64,000 nt of DNA from Eledone cirrhosa (taxonomy: Eukaryota), in NCBI GenBank assembly GCA_964016885.1, contig CAXHJY010001768.1, forward strand, positions 1 to 64,000, written 5' to 3'. Shown here one piece after another: positions 21,501-36,619 of this stretch (positions are counted from its first letter, which is position 1; each line of letters starts with the position of its first letter). The notes under the pieces are model-generated. The model was not told where the DNA came from, did no database searches, and was given only the letters and a program-made list of their open reading frames with translations. The position numbers and the translations under genes are program-made.

Positions 21501-21812
21501 GTGTGTGGTGTGGTGGTGTGTGGTAATGGTGGTGTGTGGTAGTGGTGGTGTGTGGTATGGTGGTGTGTAATAGTGGTGGTGTGTGGTGGTGGTGTGTGGT
21601 GGTGTGTGGTAGTGGTGGTGGTGGTGTATGGTAGTGGTGGTGTGTGGTAATGGTGGTGTGTGGTAGTGGTGGTGTGTGGGGTGGGGTGTGGTGGGGTGTG
21701 GTGGTGGTGGTGTGTGGTAGTGGTGGTGTTTGGTAAGTGGTGGTGGTGGTGTGTGGTAGTGGTGGTGTGTGGTGGTGGTGTGTGGTGGTGGTGGTGTGTG
21801 GTAGTGGTGGTG
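18505..21812. repeat. G-rich simple repeat, dominant 14-mer GTGTGGTAGTGGTG
   Basis: Directly visible. Contains a unique island at about 18735-18810. Confidence 0.95.
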
Positions 21813-22425
21813 TATATAATAGTAATTTGGTATTTACAGTAATATTGACAGTGGGGATTTGATAAACACAAAAACCTGCTTATATACACCATATACACAC
21901 CATATTATATACACACCATAATATATACAGAACATATATATATATACACGACATTGTATTTACACCACATTATATGCACCCTATATCATATACACACCAT
22001 ATAATATACACCCTATATCGTATACACACCATATAATATACACTAACATAAATCACATAATAAACACACCACATTGCTTCACATAAGCTTTATTACACAC
22101 ACACACACACACACACAATACATCACACTACACACACATATATATATATAAACCACATTACATCACAATACAATATTACACATACACATTACATCACAAT
22201 ACAGATTGCATTTTACACACACACTAATACATCACACTACATACATATATTACATCACAATACAATATTTCACATACACACACACACCACCTATACCATA
22301 TACACCAATATACAATACATATTACACAATGCAAACCCCCCCCCACACACACACACACAAGCCATCAAAGGAACCTCTACATGGTCACTGGACTTGCTAG
22401 GAACAACAGCTAAATCTTTAGTTAT

Positions 22426-22635
22426 TATTGGCAAAGTAGAGCATTGACAAAATGCTTTGTGGTATTTGATTACAACTTTCTACGTTCTGAGTTCAAATCT
22501 TGTCGAAGTTAACTTTACCTGTCATCCATAAGGGGCCAATAAAATAAAGTACCAGTAATGCACTGGGGCGATTTAATCGACATTCCCCTCCCAAAATTGC
22601 TGGCCTTGTGCCTAAATCAGAAAATATTATTATCA
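22426..22635 (+). mobile_element. Older tRNA-derived SINE (Nin-like)
   Basis: TTCTGAGTTCAAATC, GTCATCC, AAAATAAAGTACCAGTAATGCACTGGGG and CTGGCCTTGTGCC motifs. Confidence 0.7.
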
Positions 22636-22649
22636 TCATTAAGGCGGTG

Positions 22650-25600
22650 GATTGATGTTGGTTGTGGTGGTGATGTTGTTGATGGTGGTGGTATTAGTGG
22701 TGGTGGTGGTGATGTTGGTGGTGATGGTGTTGTTGGTGGTGATGTTGGTGGTGGTGGTGATGTTGTTGTTGGTGGTGGTGGTGATGTTGTTGTTGGTGGT
22801 GGTGATGTTGTTGATGTTGGTGGTATTAGTGGTGGTGATGATGTTGTTGGTGGTGATGTTGGTGGTGATGTTGTTGGTGGTGATGTTGTTGTTGGTGGTG
22901 ATGTTGGTGGTGGTGATGTTGGTGGTGGTGATGTTGTTGGTGGTGCTGTTGTTGGTGGTGATGTTGGTGGTGGTGATGGTGGTTGTGGTGATGTTGTTGT
23001 TGGTGGTGGTGATGTTGTTGTTGGTGGTGGTGATGTTGTTGATGTTGGTGGTATTAGTGGTGGTGATGTTGTTGGTGGTGGTGATGGTGTTGTTGGTGGT
23101 GATGTTGTTGGTGGTGGTGATGTTGGTGGTGGTGATGTTGTTGTTGGTGGTGATGTTGGTGGTGGTGATGTTGTTGGTGGTGATGTTGTTGGTGGTGGTG
23201 ATGGTGTTGTTGGTGGTGATGTTGTTGGTGGTGGTGTTGTTGGTGGTGATGTTGTTGGTGGTGATGTTGTTGGTGGTGATGTTGTTGGTGGTGGTGATGT
23301 TGTTGTTGGTGGTGGTGGTGATGTTGTTGGTGGTGGTGATGTTGTTGTTGGTGGTGGTGATGTTGGTGGTATTAGTTGTGGTGATGATGTTGGTGGTGGT
23401 GATGTTGTTGGTGGTGATGTTGGTGGTGGTGTTGTTGGTGGTGGTGATGTTGGTGGTGGTGGTGTTGTTGGTGGTGATGTTGGTGGTGGTGGTGGTGATG
23501 TTGTTGGTGGTGATGTTGGTGTTGGTGGTGTTGTTGGTGGTGTTGGTGGTGGTGATGTTGGTGGTGGTGTTGGTGGTGATGATGTTGTTGGTGGTGTTGG
23601 TGATGTTGGTGGTGGTGATGTTGGTGGTGGTGGTGGTGGTGGTGGTGGTGATGTTGGTGGTGGTGATGTTGGTGGTGGTGATGTTGTTGGTGGTGATGTT
23701 GTTGGTGGTGGTGATGTTGTTGGTGGTGATGTTGGTGGTGATGTTGTTGTTGGTGGTGTTGGTGGTGGTGATGTTGGTGGTGGTGGTGTTGTTGGTGGTG
23801 TTGGTGGTGGTGGTGTTGTTGGTGGTGGTGGTGTTGTTGGTGGTGTTGGTGGTGTTGTTGGTGGTGGTGATGTTGGTGGTGGTGATGTGTTGGTGGTGGT
23901 GATGTTGGTGGTGATGGTGGTGGTGGTGATGTTGTTGGTGGTGGTGATGTTGGTGGTGGTGGTGATGTTGGTGGTGATGTTGGTGGTGGTGATGTTGGTG
24001 GTGATGTTGTTGGTGGTGATGTTGTTGGTGGGTGGTGATGTTGGTGGTGGTGGTGATGTTGGTGGTGGTGATGTTGGTGGTGGTGATGTTGTTGGTGGTG
24101 GTGATGTTGGTGGTGATGTTGTTGGTGGTGATGTTGTTGGTGGTGATGTTGGTGGTGGTGGTGATGTTGGTGGTGGTGATGTTGGTGGTGGTGATGTTGT
24201 TGGTGGTGGTGATGTGGTGGTGATGTTGTTGGTGGTGATGTTGTTGGTGGTGGTGATGTTGTTGGTGGTGTGTGATATTGGTGGTGATGTTGTTGGTGGT
24301 GGTGATGGTGGTGTGTTGTTGGTGGGTGGGTGATGTTGGTGGTGGTGATGTTGTTGGTGGTGGTGGTGATGTTGGTGGTGATGTTGGTGGTGGTGTTGGT
24401 GGTGGTGATGTTGGTGGTGGTGATGTTGGTGTGGTGATGTTGGTGGTGGTGATGTTGGTGGTGATGTTGTTGGTGGTGGTGATGTTGGTGGTGATGTTGG
24501 TGGTGTGGTGGTGATGTTGTTGGTGGTGGTGATGTGGTGGTGGTGTTGGTGGTGGTGATGTGGTGGGTTGGTGGTGATGTTGTGGTGGTGGTGATGTTGG
24601 TGGTGGTGATGTTGGTGGTGATGTTGTTGGTGGTGATGTTGGTGGTGGTGTTGTTGGTGGTGATGTTGGGTGGTGTGTGTGGTGGTGGTGGTGTTGGTGG
24701 TGATGTTGGTGGTGGTGGTGATGTTGGTGGTGGTGTGTTGGTGGTGTGTTGTTGTGGTGATGTTGGTGGTGGTGTTGTTGGTGGTGGTGTGTGGTGGTGG
24801 TGATGTTGGTGGTGTGGTGTGGTGGTGGTGGTTGTTGGTGGTGATGTTGGTGGTGGTGTTGTTGGTGGTGGTGATGTTGGTGGTGGTGATGTTGGTGGTG
24901 ATGTTGTTGGTGGTGGTGATGTTGGTGGTGGTGATGTTAGTGGTGGTGATTTGGTGGTGTGTTGTTGGTGGTGATGTTGTTGGTGGTGTTGTTGGGGTGG
25001 TGATGTTGGTGGTGGTGATGTTGGTGGTGGTGATGTTGTTGGTGGGGTGTGTGGTGGTGGTGATGTTGGTGGTGGTGGTGATGTTGTTGGTGGTGATGTG
25101 GTGGTGGTGGTGTGTTGTTGGTGGTGATGTTGGTGGGGTGTGTTGTGGTGGTGATGTTGGGGTGGTGGTGATGTTGGTGGTGGTGGTGGTGTTGTTGGTG
25201 GTGTGTTGGTGGTGGTGGTGTTGTTGGTGGTGTGTGTGGTGGTGGTGATGTTGGTGGTGGTGTGTGGTGGTGGTGATGTTGGTGGTGGTGTGTTGGTGGT
25301 GGGTGGTGTGTTGGTGGTGGTGTTGTTGGTGGTGGTGTTGGTGGTGGTGGTGTTGTTGGTGGTGATGTTGGTGGTGGTGTTGTTGTTGTGTGGTGTGTTG
25401 GTGGTGGTGGTGTGTTGGTGGTGTTGTTGGTGGTGGTGATGTTGGTGGTGGTGTTGGTTGGTGGTGGTGATGTTGGTGGTGGTGGTGATGTTGGTGGTGG
25501 TGGTGATGTTGGTGGTGGTGATGTTGGTGGTGGTGATGTTGGTGGTGGTGGTGTTGTGGTGGTGGTGATGTTGGTGGTGGTGATGTTGGTGGTGGGGATG

Positions 25601-28600
25601 TTGTGTGTTGTTGGTGGTGGTGGTGATGTTGGTGGTGGTGTGTTGGTGGTGTGTTGTTGGTGGTGGTGATGTTGGTGGTGGTGATGTTGGTGGTGGTGAT
25701 GTTGTTGGTGGTGTTGGTGGTGGTGATGTTGTTGGTGGTGGTGATGTTGGTGGTGGTGATGTTGGTGGTGTGTTGTTGGTGGTGATGTTGGTGGTGATGT
25801 TGTTGGTGGTGGTGTTGTTGGTGGTGGTGATGTTGGTGGTGGTGGTGTTGGTGGTGGTGGTGATGTTGGTGGTGGTGATGTTGTTGGTGGTGATGTTGGT
25901 GGTGGTGGTGATGTTGGTGGTGGTGGTGATGTTGGTGGTGGTGTTGTTGGTGGTGGTGGTGATGTTGTGGTGGTGGTGTTGTTGGTGGTGATGTGTTGGT
26001 GGTGGTGATGTGTTGGTGGTGGTGATGTTGGTGGTGGTGATGTTGTTGGGGTGGTGATGTTGGTGGTGGTGTGTTGGTGGTGGTGGTGATGTTGGTGGTG
26101 GTGTTGTGTGGTGGTGATGTTGGTGGTGGTGGTGTTGTTGGTGGTGGTGGTGTTGGTGGTGATGTTGGTGGTGGTGATGGTTGTTGGTGGTGGTGATGTT
26201 GGTGGTGGTGATGTTGGTGGTGGTGTGGTGGTGGTGGTGTTGGTGGTGGTGATGTTGTTGGTGGTGGTGATGTTGGTGGTGGTGATGTTGGTGGTGGTGG
26301 TGATGTGGTGGTGGTGTTGTTGGTGGTGGTGTTGTTGGTGGGTGATGTTGTTGGTGGTGGTGATGTTGGTGGTGGTGATGTTGGTGGTGGTCGATGTTGG
26401 TGGTGGTGTTGTTGGTGGTGGATGTTGGTGGGGTGTTGTGTGGTGGTGGTGATGTTGGTGGTGGTGTTGTTGGTGGTGGTGATGTTGGGTGGTGGTGTTG
26501 TTGGTGGGTGGTGATGTTGGTGGTGGTGTTGGTGGTGGTGTTGTTGGTGGTGGTGTGGTGGTTGGTGGTGATGTTGTTGGTGGTGGTGATGTGGTGGTGT
26601 GTTGGTGGTGTGTTGTTGGTGGTGGTGATGTGGGTGGGTGGTGATGTTGGTGGTGGTGGTGATGTTGGTGGTGGTGTTGTTGGTGGTGGTGTTGTTGGTG
26701 GTGGGATGTTGGTGGTGGTGATGTTGGTGGTGGTGGTGATGTTGGTGGGTGGTGTTGTTGGTGGTGGTGTTGTGTGGTGGTGGTGATGTTGGTGGTGGTG
26801 ATGTTGGTGGTGGTGATGTTGGTGGTGATGTTGTTGGTGGTGGTGTGGTTGGTGGTGGTGTTGTTGGTGGTGGTGATGTTGGTGGTGGTGTGGTGGTGGT
26901 GATGTTGTTGGTGGTGATGTTGGTGGTGGTGATGTTGGTGGTGGTGTTGGTGGTGGTGGTGTTGTTGGTGGTGGTGATGTTGGTGGTGGTGATGTTGGTG
27001 GTGATGTTGGTGGTGGTGGTGTGTTGTTGGTGGTGGTGATGTTGGTGGTGGTGGTGGTGGTGGTGATGTGGTGGTGGTGGTGGTGTTGGTGGTGGTGATG
27101 TTGGTGGTGATGTTGTTGGTGGTGTGTGTTGGTGGTGATGTTGTGTGGTGGTGTGTTGGTGGTGGTGTTGTGGTGGTGGTGGTGGTGTGTGTTGTTGGTG
27201 GTGGTGATGTGGTGGTGATGTGTGGTGGTGGTGATGTTGGTGGTGGTGTTGGTGGTGGTGGTGTTGGTGGTGGTGTTGTTGGTGGTGGTGATGTTGGTGG
27301 TGATGTTGTTGGTGGTGGTGTTGGTGGTGGTGTGTTGGTGGTGGTGATGTGGTGGTGATGTTGGTGGTGGTGATGTTGTTGGTGGTGATGTTGGTGGTGG
27401 TGATGTTGGTGGTGGTGATGTTGGTGGTGGTGTTGTTGGGGTGTGTTGGTGTGGTGTGTTGGTGGTGGTGTTGTTGGTGGTGATGTGTTGGTGGTGGTGT
27501 GTTGGTGGTGATGTTGGTGGTGGTGTTGTGGTGGTGATGTTGGTGGTGGTGATGTTGGTGGTGGTGTTGTGGTGGTGGTGATGTTGGTGGTGGTGTGTGG
27601 TGGTGGTGTGTGGGTGGTGATGTTGGTGGTGGTGATGTTGGTGGTGGTGATGTTGGTGGTGGTGAATGTTGGTGGTGGTGTTGTTGGTGGTGATGTTGGT
27701 GGTGGTGATGTTGGTGGTGGTGATGTGGTGGTGATGTCGTTGGTGGTGGTGATGTTGGTGGTGATGTTGTTGGGGTGGGATGGGGGTGAGTGTTGGTGGT
27801 GGTGATGTTGGTTGGTGGTGTTGTTGGTGGTGGTGATGTTGGTGGTGATGTTGTTGGTGGTGGTGATGTTGGTGGTGATGTTGTTGGTGGTGATGTGTTG
27901 GTGGTGGTGATGTTGGTGGTGATGTCGTTGGTGGTGGTGATGTTGGTGGTGATGTTGTTGGTGGTGGTGATGTTGGTGGTGTGTTGTTGGTGGTGGTGAT
28001 GTTGGTGGTGATGTTGTGGTGGTGGTGATGTTGGTGTGATGTTGTGGTGGTGGTTGATGTTGGTGGTGATGTGTTGTTGGTGGTGACTGTGAGCAGGTGA
28101 TGTCGTTGGTGGTGTTGAGAGTTGGTGGTGATGTGTTGGTGGTGATGTTGTTGGGTGGTGGTGGATGTTGGTGGTGATGTTGGTGGTGGTGATGTTGTGT
28201 GGTGATGATGTTGTAGGTGGTGTGAGTTTGGTGGTGTTGTCCGTTGGTGGTGGTGAGGTGATGTTGTTGGTGGTGGTGATGTTGGTGGTGATGTTGGTGG
28301 TGGTGATGTTGGTGGTGATGATGTTGTTGGTGGTGGTGATGTTGGTGGTGATGTCGTTGGTGGTGGTGATGTTGGTGGTGATGTTGTTGGTGGTGGTGAT
28401 GTTGGTGATGATGTTGTTGGTGGTGGTGATGTTGGTGGTGATGATGTTGTTGGTGGTGGTGATGTTGGTGGTGGTGTTGTTGTTGCTGGTGGTGATGTTG
28501 GTGGTGGTGTTGTTGGTGGTGGTGATGTTGGTGGTGATGTTGTTGGTGGTGGTGATGTTGGTGATGGTGTTGGTGGTGGTGTTGTTGGTGGTGATGTTGT

Positions 28601-31600
28601 TGGTGGTGATGTTGGTGGTGATGATGTTGTTGGTGGTGGTGGGGATGTTGGTGGAGGTGTTGGTGGTGGTGATGTTGTTGGTGATGTTGTTGGTGGTGAT
28701 GTTGTTGGTGGTGGTGTTGGTGGTGGTGTTGTTGGTGGTGGTGGTGTTGTTGGTGGCGATGTTGTTGGTGGTGGTGATGTTGGTGGTGATGTTGTTGGTG
28801 GTGGTGTTGTTGGTGGTGGTGGTGATGTTGGTGGTGGTGTTGTTGGTGGTGGTGATGTTGGTGGTGGTGTTGTTGGTGGTGGTGTTGTTGGTGGTGATGT
28901 TGTTGCTGGTGGTGATGTTGGTGGTGGTGTTGTTGGTGGTGGTGATGTTGGTGTTGTTGGTGGTGGTGTTGTTGGTGGTGGTGTTGTTGGTGGTGGTGTT
29001 GTTGGTGGTGGTGTTGTTGGTGGTGGTGGTGTTGTTGGTGGTGGTGTTGTTGGTGGTGATGTTGTTGGTGGTGATGTTGGTGGTGGTGGTGATGTTGGTG
29101 GTGTTGTTGGTGGTGGTGATGTTGGTGGTGTTGTTGGTGGTGGTGATGTTGGTGGTGGTGATGTTGTTGGTGGTGGTGATGTTGGTGGTGATGGTGGTGG
29201 TGGTGATGTTGTTGGTGGTGGTGATGTTGGTGGTGATGGTGGTGGTGGTGGTGGTGATGTTGGTGGTGATGTTGGTGTTGGTGGTGATGTTGGTGGTGGT
29301 GTTGTTGGTGGTGGTGTTGTTGGTGGTGGTGTTGTTGGTGGTGGTGTTGTTGTTGGTGGTGGTGTTGTTGGTGGTGGTGTTGTTGGTGGTGATGTTGTTG
29401 GTGGTGGTGATGTTGGTGGTGTTGTTGGTGGTGGTGATGTTGGTGGTGGTGATGGTGTTGGTGGTGGTGTTGTTGGTGGTGATGTTGTTGGTGGTGGTGA
29501 TGTTGGTGGTGATGATGTTGTTGGTGGTGTTGTTGGTGGTGGTGATGTTGGTGGTGGTGGTGTTGTTGGTGGTGATGTTGGTGGTGGTGTTGTTGTTGTT
29601 GGTGGTGATGTTGTTGGTGGTGGTGATGTTGTTGGTGGTGGTGATGGTGATGTTGTTGGTGGTGGTGATGTTGGTGGTGGTGATGTTGTTGGTGGTGGTG
29701 ATGTTGGTGGTGGTGTTGTTGGTTGTGGTGATGTTGGTGGTGGTGTTGTTGGTGGTGGTGATGTTGTTGGTGGTGATGTTGTTGGTGGTGGTGATGTTGG
29801 TGGTGGTGTTGTTGGTGGTGGTGTTGTTGGTGGTGGTGGTGTTGTTGGTGGTGATGTTGTTGGTGGTGATGTTGTTGGTGGTGGTGATGTTGGTGGTGGT
29901 GATGTTGGTGGTGGTGTTGTTGGTGGTGGTGATGTTGGTGGTGATGTTGTTGGTGGTGGTGATGTTGGTGGTGGTGATGTTGGTGGTGGTGATGTTGGTG
30001 GTGATGTTGGTGGTGATGATGTTGGTGGTGGTGTTGTTGGTGGTGGTGATGTTGGTGGTGGTGATGTTGGTGGTGGTGGTGTTGTTGGTGGTGGTGTTGT
30101 TGGTGGTGGTGATGTTGGTGGTGATGTTGGTGGTGATGATGTTGGTGGTGGTGTTGTTGGTGGTGGTGGTGTTGTTGGTGGTGGTGTTGTTGGTGGTGGT
30201 GATGTTGGTGGTGATGTTGGTGGTGATGATGTTGGTGGTGGTGTTGTTGGTGGTGGTGATGTTGGTGGTGGTGATGTTGGTGGTGATGTTGGTGGTGATG
30301 ATGTTGTTGGTGATGTTGTTGGTGGTGGTGATGTTGGTGGTGATGATGTTGGTGGTGGTGATGTTGTTGGTGATGTTGTTGGTGGTGATGATGTTGTTGG
30401 TGATGTTGTTGGTGGTGGTGATGTTGGTGGTGATGATGTTGTTGGTGGTGATGTTGTTGTTGGTGATGTTGTTGGTGGTGATGTTGGTGGTGGTGATGTT
30501 GTTGTTGGTGATGTTGGTGGTGGTGATGTTGTTGTTGGTGATGTTGTTGGTGGTGATGTTGGTGGTGGTGATGTTGGTGGTGATGATGTTGTTGTTGGTG
30601 ATGTTGTTGTTGGTGATGTTGGTGGTGGTGATGTTGGTGGTGGTGATGTTGGTGGTGGTGGTGATGTTGGTGGTGATGATGTTGTTGGTGGTGATGATGT
30701 TGTTGGTGATGTTGTTGGTGGTGGTGATGTTGTTGGTGATGTTGTTGTTGGTGGTGATGTTGTTGTTGGTGATGTTGTTGGTGGTGGTGATGTTGGTGGT
30801 GATGATGTTGTTGGTGGTGATGTTGTTGTTGGTGATGTTGTTGGTGGTGGTGATGTTGGTGGTGATGATGTTGTTGGTGGTGATGTTGTTGTTGGTGATG
30901 TTGTTGGTGGTGATGATGTTGTTGGTGATGTTGTTGGTGGTGGTGATGTTGTTGGTGATGTTGTTGTTGGTGGTGGTGATGTTGGTGGTGATGATGTTGT
31001 TGGTGATGTTGTTGGTGGTGATGTTGTTGGTGGTGATGTTGGTGGTGGTGGTGATGTTGTTGGTGATGTTGTTGTTGGTGGTGGTGATGTTGGTGGTGAT
31101 GTTGGTGGTGATGATGTTGTTGGTGGTGATGTTGTTGTTGGTGATGTTGTTGGTGGTGGTGGTGTTGTTGGTGGTGATGTTGGTGGTGATGATGTTGTTG
31201 GTGGTGATGTTGTTGTTGGTGATGTTGCTGGTGGTGATGTTGATGGTGGTGATGTTGGTGGTGGTGGTGATGTTGTTGGTGATGTTGTTGTTGGTGGTGG
31301 TGATGTTGGTGGTGATGATGTTGTTGGTGATGATGTTGTTGGTGGTGATGTTGGTGGTGGTGATGTTGGTGGTGATGATGTTGTTGTTGGTGATGTTGAT
31401 GGTGGTGATGTTGTTGTTGGTGATGTTGTTGGTGGTGATGTTGTTGGTGGTGATGATGTTGGTGGTGATGTTGTTGGTGGTGGTGTTGTTGGTGGTGATG
31501 TTGTTGGTGGTGGTGTTGTTGGTGGTGATGTTGGTGGTGGTGATGTTGGTGGTGGTGATGTTGGTGGTGGTGATGTTGGTGGTGATGATGTTGTTGTTGG

Positions 31601-31900
31601 TGATGTTGTTGGTGGTGATGTTGTTGGTGGTGGTGTTGTTGGCGGTGATGTTGTTGGTGGTGGTGTTGATGGTGGTGGTGATGTTGTTGGTGGTGGTGTT
31701 GTTGGTGGTGATGTTGATTGTGGTGGTGATGATGATTGTGGTAGTGATGATGATGTTGGTGGTATTACTAGTGATGATGATGTTGGTTGTGGTGGTGATG
31801 TTGTTGTTGGTGATGATCTTGTTGTTGGTGGTGATGTTGCTGTTGATTGTGATCGTGATGCTGATGTTGAGATTGGCAGTAGTAATGGTGCTGCTGATGT
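22650..31900. repeat. Mosaic trinucleotide array of GGT/GAT/GTT, about 9 kb
   Basis: Directly visible. Confidence 0.95.
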
Positions 31901-33572
31901 TGATATTGTTGTTGGTTGTGTGATAGTGGTGGTGCTGCTGTTGATGTTGTTGGTTGTGTGATGGTGGTGGTATTGATGTTGATGTTGTTGGTTGTGTGAT
32001 GGTGGTGGTATTGATGTTGATGTTGTTGGTTGTGTGATGGTGGTGGTATTGATGTTGATGGTGTTGGTTGTGTGATGGTGGTGGTATTGATGGTGTTGGT
32101 TGTGTGATGGTGGTGGTATTGATGTTGATGGTGTTGGTTGTGTGATGGTGGTGGTATTGATGTTGATGGTGTTGGTTGTGTGATGGTGGTGGTATTGATC
32201 TTGATGTTGTTGGTTGTGTGATGGTGGTGGTATTGATGTTGATGGTGTTGGTTGTGTGATGGTGGTGGTATTGATGGTGTTGGTTGTGTGATGGTGGTGG
32301 TATTGATGTTGATGGTGTTGGTTGTGTGATGGTGGAGGTATTGATGTTGATGGTGTTGGTTGTGTGATGGTGGTGGTATTGATGTTGATGTTGTTGGTTG
32401 TGTGATGGTGGTGGTATTGATGTTGATGGTGTTGGTTGTGTGATGGTGGTGGTATTGATGGTGTTGGTTGTGTGATGGTGGTGGTATTGATGTTGATGGT
32501 GTTGGTTGTGTGATGGTGGTGGTATTGATGTTGTTGGTTGTGTGATGGTGGTGGTATTGATGTTGATGGTGTTGGTTGCGTGATGGTGGTGGTATTGATG
32601 GTGTTGGTTGTGTGATGGTGGTGGTATTGATGTTGATGGTGTTGGTTGTGTGATGGTGGTGGTATTGATGGTGTTGGTTGTGTAATGGTGGTGGTATTGA
32701 TGTTGATGGTGTTGGTTGTGTGATGGTGGTGGTATTGATGTTGATGGTGTTGGTTGTGTGATGGTGGTGGTATTGATGTTGATGGTGTTGGTTGTGTGAT
32801 GGTGGTGGTATTGATGTTGATGTTGTTGGTTGTGTGATGGTGGTGGTATTGATGTTGATGGTGTTGGTTGTGTGATGGTGGTGGTATTGATGGTGTTGGT
32901 TGTGTGATGGTGGTGGTATTGATGGTGTTGGTTGTGTAATGGTGGTGGTATTGATGTTGATGGTGTTGGTTGTGTGATGGTGGTGGTATTGATGGTGTTG
33001 GTTGTGTAATGGTGGTGGTATTGATGTTGATGGTGTTGGTTGTGTGATGGTGGTGGTATTGATGGTGTTGGTTGTGTAATGGTGGTGGTATTGATGTTGA
33101 TGGTGTTGGTTGTGTGATGGTGGTGGTATTGATGTTGATGGTGTTGGTTGTGTGATGGTGGTGGTATTGATGGTGTTGGTTGTGTAATGGTGGTGGTATT
33201 GATGTTGATGGTGTTGGTTGTGTGATGGTGGTGGTATTGATGGTGTTGGTTGTGTGATGGTGGTGGTATTGATGGTGTTGGTTGTGTAATGGTGGTGGTA
33301 TTGATGTTGATGGTGTTGGTTGTGTGATGGTGGTGGTATTGATGTTGATGGTGTTGGTTGTGTGATGGTGATGGTGCTGCTGTTGATGTTGTTGGTTGTG
33401 TGATGGTGGTGGTATTGATGGTGTTGGTTGTGTGATGGTGGTGGTGCTGCTGTTGATGTTGTTGGTTGTGTGATGGTGGTGGTATTGATGGTGTTGGTTG
33501 TGTGATGGTGGTGGTGCTGCTGTTGATGTTGTTGGTTGTGTGATGGAGGTGGTGCTGCTGTTGATGGTGTTG
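31901..33572. repeat. Minisatellite of about 32-38 bp (GTTGGTTGTGTGATGGTGGTGGTATTGATGTTGATGGT)
   Basis: Directly visible. Confidence 0.9.
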
Positions 33573-33785
33573 TAGAAGTGTGGTGTGAGCAACACAGAAG
33601 AAAGGCTAAACCAAAGTGAGAAGTAAAAGAATTCCCATTACTTGAGAATAATTACAGGATCTTGAAATGTCAAACAGACACACACATACACACACATTTA
33701 CACAGAGATACACACACACAGTGTACTAATTACCCAAGCTTCTAACACAATCTTGCAACCACCTACACCCTCATCACATCATACT

Positions 33786-36490
33786 CACCACCACCACCAC
33801 CATCACCACCACCATATCACAACAACTATCACCACCACTACCACCACCATATCACAACAACAACGACGACTACCACCACCACCACCACCATATCACAACA
33901 ACGACGACGACTACCACCACCACCACCACCTCATCACAACAACGACGACTACCACCACCACCACCATATCACAACAACGACGACTACCACCGCCACCACC
34001 ACCACCATATCACAACAACGACGACTACCACCACCACCACATCACAACAACGACTACCACCACCACCACCACCACATCACAACAACAACGACTACCACCA
34101 CCACCACCACCACATCACAACAACAACAACAACGACTACCACCACCACCACCACCACATCACAACAACAACAACAACGACTACCACCACCACCACCACCA
34201 CCTCATCACAACAACAACAACAACGACTACCACCACCACCACCACCACCACCTCATCACAACGACGACGACTACCACCACCACCACCACCTCATCACAAC
34301 AACGACGACTACCACCACCACCACCACCACCATATCACAACAACGACGACTACCACCACCACCACCACATCACAACAACAACGACTACCACCACCACCAC
34401 CACCACATCAGAACAACAACGACTACCACCACCACCACCACCACATCAGAACAACAACGACGACTACCACCACCACCACCATATCACAACAACGACGACT
34501 ACCACCACCACCACCACATCACAACAACAACGACTACCACCACCACCACCACCACATCAGAACAACAACGACTACCACCACCACCACCACCACATCACAA
34601 CAATAACAACAACGACTACCACCACCACCACCACCACATCACAACAATAACAACAACGACTACCACCACCACCATCACCACCTCATCACAACAACGACGA
34701 CTACCACCGCCACCACCACCACCATATCACAACAACGACGACGACTACCACCACCACCACCACCACATCACAACAACAACGACTACCACCACCACCACCA
34801 CCACATCACAACAACAACGACTACCACCACCACCACCACCACCTCATCACAACAACGACGACTACCACCACCATCACCACCACATCACAACAACAACAAC
34901 GACTACCACCACCACCACCACCACCATATCACAACAACGACTACCACCACCACCACCACCTCATCACAACAACGACGACTACCACCACCACCACCACCAC
35001 ATCACAACAATAACAACGACTACCACCACCACCACCACCACATCACAACAACAACGACTACCACCACCACCACATCACAACAACAACAACAACGACTACC
35101 ACCACCACCACCACCACCACATCACAACAACAACAACGACGACTACCACCACCACCACCACCACCATATCACAACAACGACTACCACCACCACCACCACC
35201 ACCATATCACAACAACAACAACGACGACTACCACCACCACCACCACATCACAACAACGACTACCACCACCACCACCACCATATCACAACAACGACTACCA
35301 CCACCACCACCACCACATAACAACAACAACGACGACTACCACCACCACCACCACCACCATATCACAACAACAACGACTACCACCACCACCACCACCACCA
35401 CCATATCACAACAACAACGACTACCACCACCACCACCACCATATCACAACAACGACTACCACCACCATCATATCACAACAACAACATCGACTACCACCAC
35501 CACCACCACCATATCACAACAACGACGACTACCACCACCACCACCACCATATCACAACAACGACGACTACCACCACCACCACCATATCACAACAACAACA
35601 ACGACTACCACCACCACCACCACCACCATATCACAACAACAACAACGACTACCACCACCACATCACAACAACAACAACGACTACCACCACCACCACCACC
35701 ACATCACAACAACAACGACGACTACCACCACCACCACCACCATATCACAACAACGACTACCACCACCACCACCACCATATCACAACAACAACGACTACCA
35801 CCACCACCACCACATCACAACAACAACAACGACTACCACCACCACCACCACCATATCACAACAACAACGACTACCACCACCACCACCACCACCACCATAT
35901 CACAACAACAACAACAACGACTACCACCACCACCACCATCTCCACATCACAACAACAACAACGACTACCACCACCACCACCACCATCTCCACATCACAAC
36001 AACAACAACGACTACCACCACCACCACCACCATATCACAACAACAACAACGACTACCACCACCACCACCACCATCTCCACATCACAACAACAACAACGAC
36101 TACCACCACCACCACCACCATATCACAACAACAACAACGACGACCACCACCACCACCACCACATCACAATAACCACCATATCACAAGAACAACAATGACG
36201 ACCACCTCCACCACCATCATCATTCTATTACAACCACCACCACCGTCATCATCACCATATCAAAACAACAACAACGACCACCATCACCATATCACAACCG
36301 TAACAACAACAACCATCATCATCACCATATCAACAACGACTACCTCCATCATCATCATCACCATATCACAACAACAACGATGACAACCACCACCAGCAAT
36401 GATAATGCTGCTGCTGTTACTGTTACAGATACCACCATACAACACCACTACCGTCATGCAATCAAACTCCCCACCACCACCACCACCACC

Positions 36491-36522
<32 letters not shown>

Positions 36523-36532
36523 CAACAACAAC
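33786..36532. repeat. C-rich ACC/CAA/CGA array with opposite strand polarity to the flanking arrays
   Basis: Unit is approximately (ACC)n-ATATCAC-(AAC)n-GACT. Confidence 0.95.
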
Positions 36533-36619
36533 AGTTGAAACCATGCTATTAAAAAGCAGCTGTCTGGGAAAATAATTATACTTAATTAGACTAGAGTGGG
36601 GCTGTGAATACTGGACATG

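Noticed and set aside
23372-33595. 3407-aa Pro/Thr/His-rich mucin- or extensin-like ORF, and the related ORFs at 18362-21898, 22558-24333, 28165-31923 and 33753-36383
   Set aside because: ACC/AAC/ATC repeats cannot form stop codons. Several frames and both strands are open, the peptide switches composition at indels, and no signal peptide or globular domain is visible.
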